Shown: piece after piece, positions 60,760 through 64,000 of the stretch | Layout: each line of letters opens with the position of its first letter | How positions within the stretch are numbered: the first letter of the stretch is position 1 | NCBI GenBank assembly: GCA_041690355.1 | Contig: JAWLHK010000003.1 | Span: forward strand, 173,428-237,427 | Reading direction: 5' to 3' | DNA length: 64,000 nt | Source: a bacterium | GTDB lineage: Bacteria > J088 > JAWLBW01 | The notes under the pieces: model-generated | What the model was told of the DNA's origin: nothing | The model's input: only the letters and a program-made list of their open reading frames with translations | Database searches by the model: none | Translations under genes and position numbers: made by a program

Positions 60760-63711
60760 TCAGCGGGTGGTAAACTCAACCCGCCGGTTCTTCGCGCGGT
60801 TATCCGGGGTCGTGTTCGGCACGAGCGGCTTCTCTTCGCCGGCGCCCACGGCCGTGAGGCGTTCGGCGGCGATCCCCTTCGAGACCAGATACCGGACGAC
60901 CAGTTCGGCCTGCTCCTGCGTCAGGCGCAGATTACCCGCCGCCGGGCCCTCGTCGTCGGTGTAGGCGCGAACACTGACCTTGAGGTCCTTGCGCTGGGCG
61001 AGCACCGCGGCGAGCGCATCGAGAAGTTCGCGCTGCTCGGCCGAGAGTTCACGGGCGCTGCGATCAATCGAGACCGGACGCGCGAGCAGGAACCGGCTCC
61101 CCTCGAGGCGCACCAGGGCGCTGCCGGCCCCCCCTTCGGGCTCGAGGGTGAAGTCCTGCACCGTTTTCTTGCGCTCGAGAATCTGCACCTTGACGATCTT
61201 TTCTGCAAAGCCTTTGGCGCTCAGCCGCACATCGTAGGTGCCGACGGGGACGACTTTGTAGAAGTTGCCGGTCGACGGATCTACCGCGAGGGTGCCGATC
61301 TTTTCGTCGAGGAACTGGACGACGCCGCCCGCCAGGGGCGTTCCGTCGGGTCCGAGCAGCCGTCCGGCAATGGCGCCGACCGCGTTCGTCGGGGCGAGCT
61401 GGATGTCGACCTGCGTTTTCTTTCCGGCTTCGATGGGAATCAGGTAGTTCCGGTTGCCGTAGCCCTCGGCGGCCACTTCGATCTTGTAGCGTCCCGGCGG
61501 GAGCGACGCATAGAACTCGCCGGTCTCGGGGTTGGCGATAAGCTCGCGCAGGTCGGCTTCGGGAAAGGAGATTACGCCGGCGACGGGCTTGCCGTCGGGA
61601 GCGAGCAGTCGCCCGGCAAGCGCCCCGACGGTGCTCATGCCCACCGAAGGTAGCTCAAAGACGACGCGGGTCTTGCGCCGGGCCTGAATCGGAACGAGAA
61701 AGACTTTCGCGTCAAACCCTTCGGCTTCGACCTGCACCTTGTATTCGCCGGGCGGGAGAATCTTCACGAAGCTGCCGTCGGCAGGATTGCTGCGGGTACC
61801 GGCGATGTCCTGGTCGAGAAAGGTAAGCGTCGCCCCGACCGGCTTGGCGGCCGAGTCGAGCACGTTACCCACGAGAGCGCCGACGAGCTGACCGCCCTCG
61901 TCAATCTTGCGCAGCAGGATCTTTTCGGTGATGACTTCCTGGCTCAGGACGGTCGGCGCGATCACAACCGGCTCGTACTGCTCCTTGACCACGCGGATGC
62001 GCGCCTGCCCCGCCAGCAGCGGGTGGCTGGTGAACTCGCCCTGCTCGTCCTGAGTAACCTGGCGCGTCACGTCGAAGTCGGGATACTGGATAATCGCTCC
62101 GCCCAGCGGCTCGCCGGTTTCGGCGTCGACGACGATCCCCTTCACGAAGCCGCGCGTGTCGACGATCTTCTGCGAGTCAGGGTCGTGACTGTAGCTGAGC
62201 CCGAACCAGAGCTGGTACGGATTGGTGGAGCGGGCAGCACGCCGGGCCGCGATGTACTCGCCGGTCAGTCCGTACGAAAGGTCGACGGCGAAATCGAGCA
62301 CCATCCGGTCGATGAAGTTCCAGCGAACGCCTGGCGTGAAACGCTGCGCGCTCGAACTCCAGCCTTCCTTGTAGAGGCCGTTGCCTACCTTGTTGTTGAT
62401 TTCCTGTTCGGTTGTGTATTCGAGGAAAACGGTGTAGGCGTCCTGCGGAAATTCGAGCGCGAAATTCAGGATGAACTGATCGCCGGCGCGCACATTCAAG
62501 GCATTGATGCGGCTGGCGGTGAGTTCGGCGTCGAAGTCCAGGTTGGCCCCGTCTCCGGCAAGCAGCGCCTTGTAGCCGTTGTCCCAGAAGAACCCGAGGT
62601 TCAGATGGGCGACGAGCGGCCACTGCAGCTTGGGCTGTTCGCGGGCGTCGAAGGTCAGCATGCCCATCGGCAGCAGGCTGAACGTTCCGAGGCGCGTGCC
62701 CAGCGTCCGCACGCGGGTGTACATCTTGATGTCGAGAAGCCCGCCGGTCGAGAGGTACTCGTTGATCGGATGGACGTACTTGCCGCCCAGCGACAGATCG
62801 CCGAGCGTCTGAATGAATTCCGGCTCGAGCCCGGTGGCGTTCGGGGTGATGCGGTGCGCGGTGCCGAAGCCGTCGAGGTGGACCTCGAGGTTGTCAAGGA
62901 CGTTGTAGATCAGGTGCCCGCGGATATCGAGGCGCGTATGGTCGGCGTTATCCCACTCGTCGCCCAGATAATAGAAACCGAGGTGCGAGCCGAAACGCAT
63001 CCCGTTCCGGATGCCCGTGCGTCCCGAAACCGTGCGGAACACGCCCGTAAAGCCGGACAGAGTGAGGCCGTTTTCGGAGCCGGCACGCTTGTTGATGACC
63101 AGCTGGCCGGTTTCAAGACGGAAGGTGTCGGCGGTCGAAGGTGCCGGCGCCTCCGGTTCCGTCGCATCTGCGCTGCCGAAGGTCGTCACCTGTTCTGCCT
63201 GCTCGCCGCTCGACGGCGCCGGAGCGGTCTGGGGTGCGGTGTCGCTGCCGAAAGTCGCGGCGGGGGCTTCATCCTGCTGCGCCGGGGCGGGCGGAGTCGA
63301 AGGCTGCGGGGCGGGCTGCGCGTTCGCGTCGGCGGCAGGGCCCGACCCGCTCGAAAACGTGGCGGCGGGCGGCTCGTCGGCGGCAGCCGAAGGCGTTTCG
63401 GCCCCGGAAGTCTCGACTGCATCCGCCTGCTCCTGGCTTGCAGCCGGGGTCTCGGCGGGCGCCGGCGACGCAGAGTCCTGCTCGGGCGATGACGCCTCAG
63501 ACGGCGTTTCATCCGACGAGAAAGTCGCCCCCTCGTCGGCTGCGGGCGCGGGCGCTTCCTGCACCGAGGGTGCCGGGGCCGTCGGCCGGGCCTGACGGTT
63601 CAACTGCGCCTGCGCGGGAAGCGGAGACAGCGACAAAAAAAGCAGGGAAAGGAGCAGCTTGCGCGACACGTGTATCCTATGGGCGCTGACTCTGCGGACG
63701 CCAAAAGTCAT
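60760..63711 (-). CDS. Large outer-membrane protein: disordered N-terminus, putative beta-barrel, four carboxypeptidase-regulatory-like repeats, OmpA-like C-terminus
   Basis: Signal peptide ..PAQA; alternating aromatic beta-strands ending WFGLSYS; four GxxxGxxx.....P repeats; YTD..G...N..L...NRRVEF. True start may be GTG at 63669. Confidence 0.8.
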   Translation of the reverse strand: MTFGVRRVSAHRIHVSRKLLLSLLFLSLSPLPAQAQLNRQARPTAPAPSVQEAPAPAADEGATFSSDETPSEASSPEQDSASPAPAETPAASQEQADAVETSGAETPSAAADEPPAATFSSGSGPAADANAQPAPQPSTPPAPAQQDEAPAATFGSDTAPQTAPAPSSGEQAEQVTTFGSADATEPEAPAPSTADTFRLETGQLVINKRAGSENGLTLSGFTGVFRTVSGRTGIRNGMRFGSHLGFYYLGDEWDNADHTRLDIRGHLIYNVLDNLEVHLDGFGTAHRITPNATGLEPEFIQTLGDLSLGGKYVHPINEYLSTGGLLDIKMYTRVRTLGTRLGTFSLLPMGMLTFDAREQPKLQWPLVAHLNLGFFWDNGYKALLAGDGANLDFDAELTASRINALNVRAGDQFILNFALEFPQDAYTVFLEYTTEQEINNKVGNGLYKEGWSSSAQRFTPGVRWNFIDRMVLDFAVDLSYGLTGEYIAARRAARSTNPYQLWFGLSYSHDPDSQKIVDTRGFVKGIVVDAETGEPLGGAIIQYPDFDVTRQVTQDEQGEFTSHPLLAGQARIRVVKEQYEPVVIAPTVLSQEVITEKILLRKIDEGGQLVGALVGNVLDSAAKPVGATLTFLDQDIAGTRSNPADGSFVKILPPGEYKVQVEAEGFDAKVFLVPIQARRKTRVVFELPSVGMSTVGALAGRLLAPDGKPVAGVISFPEADLRELIANPETGEFYASLPPGRYKIEVAAEGYGNRNYLIPIEAGKKTQVDIQLAPTNAVGAIAGRLLGPDGTPLAGGVVQFLDEKIGTLAVDPSTGNFYKVVPVGTYDVRLSAKGFAEKIVKVQILERKKTVQDFTLEPEGGAGSALVRLEGSRFLLARPVSIDRSARELSAEQRELLDALAAVLAQRKDLKVSVRAYTDDEGPAAGNLRLTQEQAELVVRYLVSKGIAAERLTAVGAGEEKPLVPNTTPDNRAKNRRVEFTTR

Positions 63712-63745
63712 ACATTTTTAACACACGCGTCCGGGTAAGTCAATT

Positions 63746-64000
63746 TCAGAATTCTGTTTGATTTTGGTCCGTTACCTGCATTTCATCCCAGACCCGGACG
63801 GCACGGAGTTCACCTCCGGCGTGGTGGCGGAGCGCCTCGCGGACCAGTTGGCGCAGCTCTTCGCGAACCACCCGCCTTGCGGCGCCCGGAATATCTTCAG
63901 GGCGCACGGCATCGGGCAGCCCTGCAAGCGCCTCCAGGGTCTGCCGGCTGACGGCAACCCCCCCTCTGCGGCAGTCGGGGCAGAATACTCCTCCCTCGGC
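63746..64000 (-). CDS. recO: DNA repair protein RecO, C-terminal fragment (5' end outside window)
   Basis: Manual translation AEGGVFCPDCRRGG...LRHHAGGELRAVRVW...EF*. GGxxCxxC and the HxGxEL helix are typical of the RecO C-terminus. Confidence 0.75.
   Translation of the reverse strand, partial: AEGGVFCPDCRRGGVAVSRQTLEALAGLPDAVRPEDIPGAARRVVREELRQLVREALRHHAGGELRAVRVWDEMQVTDQNQTEF

Noticed and set aside
63772-63957. 61-aa minus-strand ORF
   Set aside because: Alternate frame of the recO 3' end

Overview
GC-rich (estimated by eye at roughly two-thirds GC) chromosomal window from a bacterium that looks deltaproteobacterial/Myxococcota-like; this assignment is inferred from RomR- and MglA-type genes and gene order. 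It is mostly core genome. In order: the end of a cytochrome c gene; a fadN-fadA beta-oxidation operon with a Bacillus-FadR-like palindrome; a lower-GC RelE/HigB-XRE toxin-antitoxin islet; a CehA/McbA metallohydrolase; Prc protease; a degenerate CPBP protein; a MacAB/FtsX-type ABC exporter; EcsC; a GH15 hydrolase; sahR-ahcY; two Gln-rich secreted peptidoglycan-binding proteins; a GntR-controlled acyl-CoA dehydrogenase operon; an aminotransferase-serA-hisZ / thyA-DUF2889-folA cluster; a complete nuoA-N operon; a long plus-strand run (cheW-like x2, romR-like, valS, nadC, birA, coaX, SPOR-like protein, helical-repeat protein, mglA-like GTPase with acidic tail); a metallophosphoesterase; a SnoaL protein; a MoxR-VWA pair; a large beta-barrel/OmpA protein; and the 3' end of recO. 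No rRNA, tRNA, CRISPR array, transposase or integrase was recognised. The best candidate for an uncharacterised system is the MglB-less polarity-like module (RomR-like protein with atypical C-terminus, tailed MglA, CheW-like, SPOR-like and helical-repeat proteins) embedded among housekeeping genes. Next best are the DUF2889 gene coupled between thyA and folA and a recurring leaderless-promoter pattern. All family calls come from motif recognition, not database searches.
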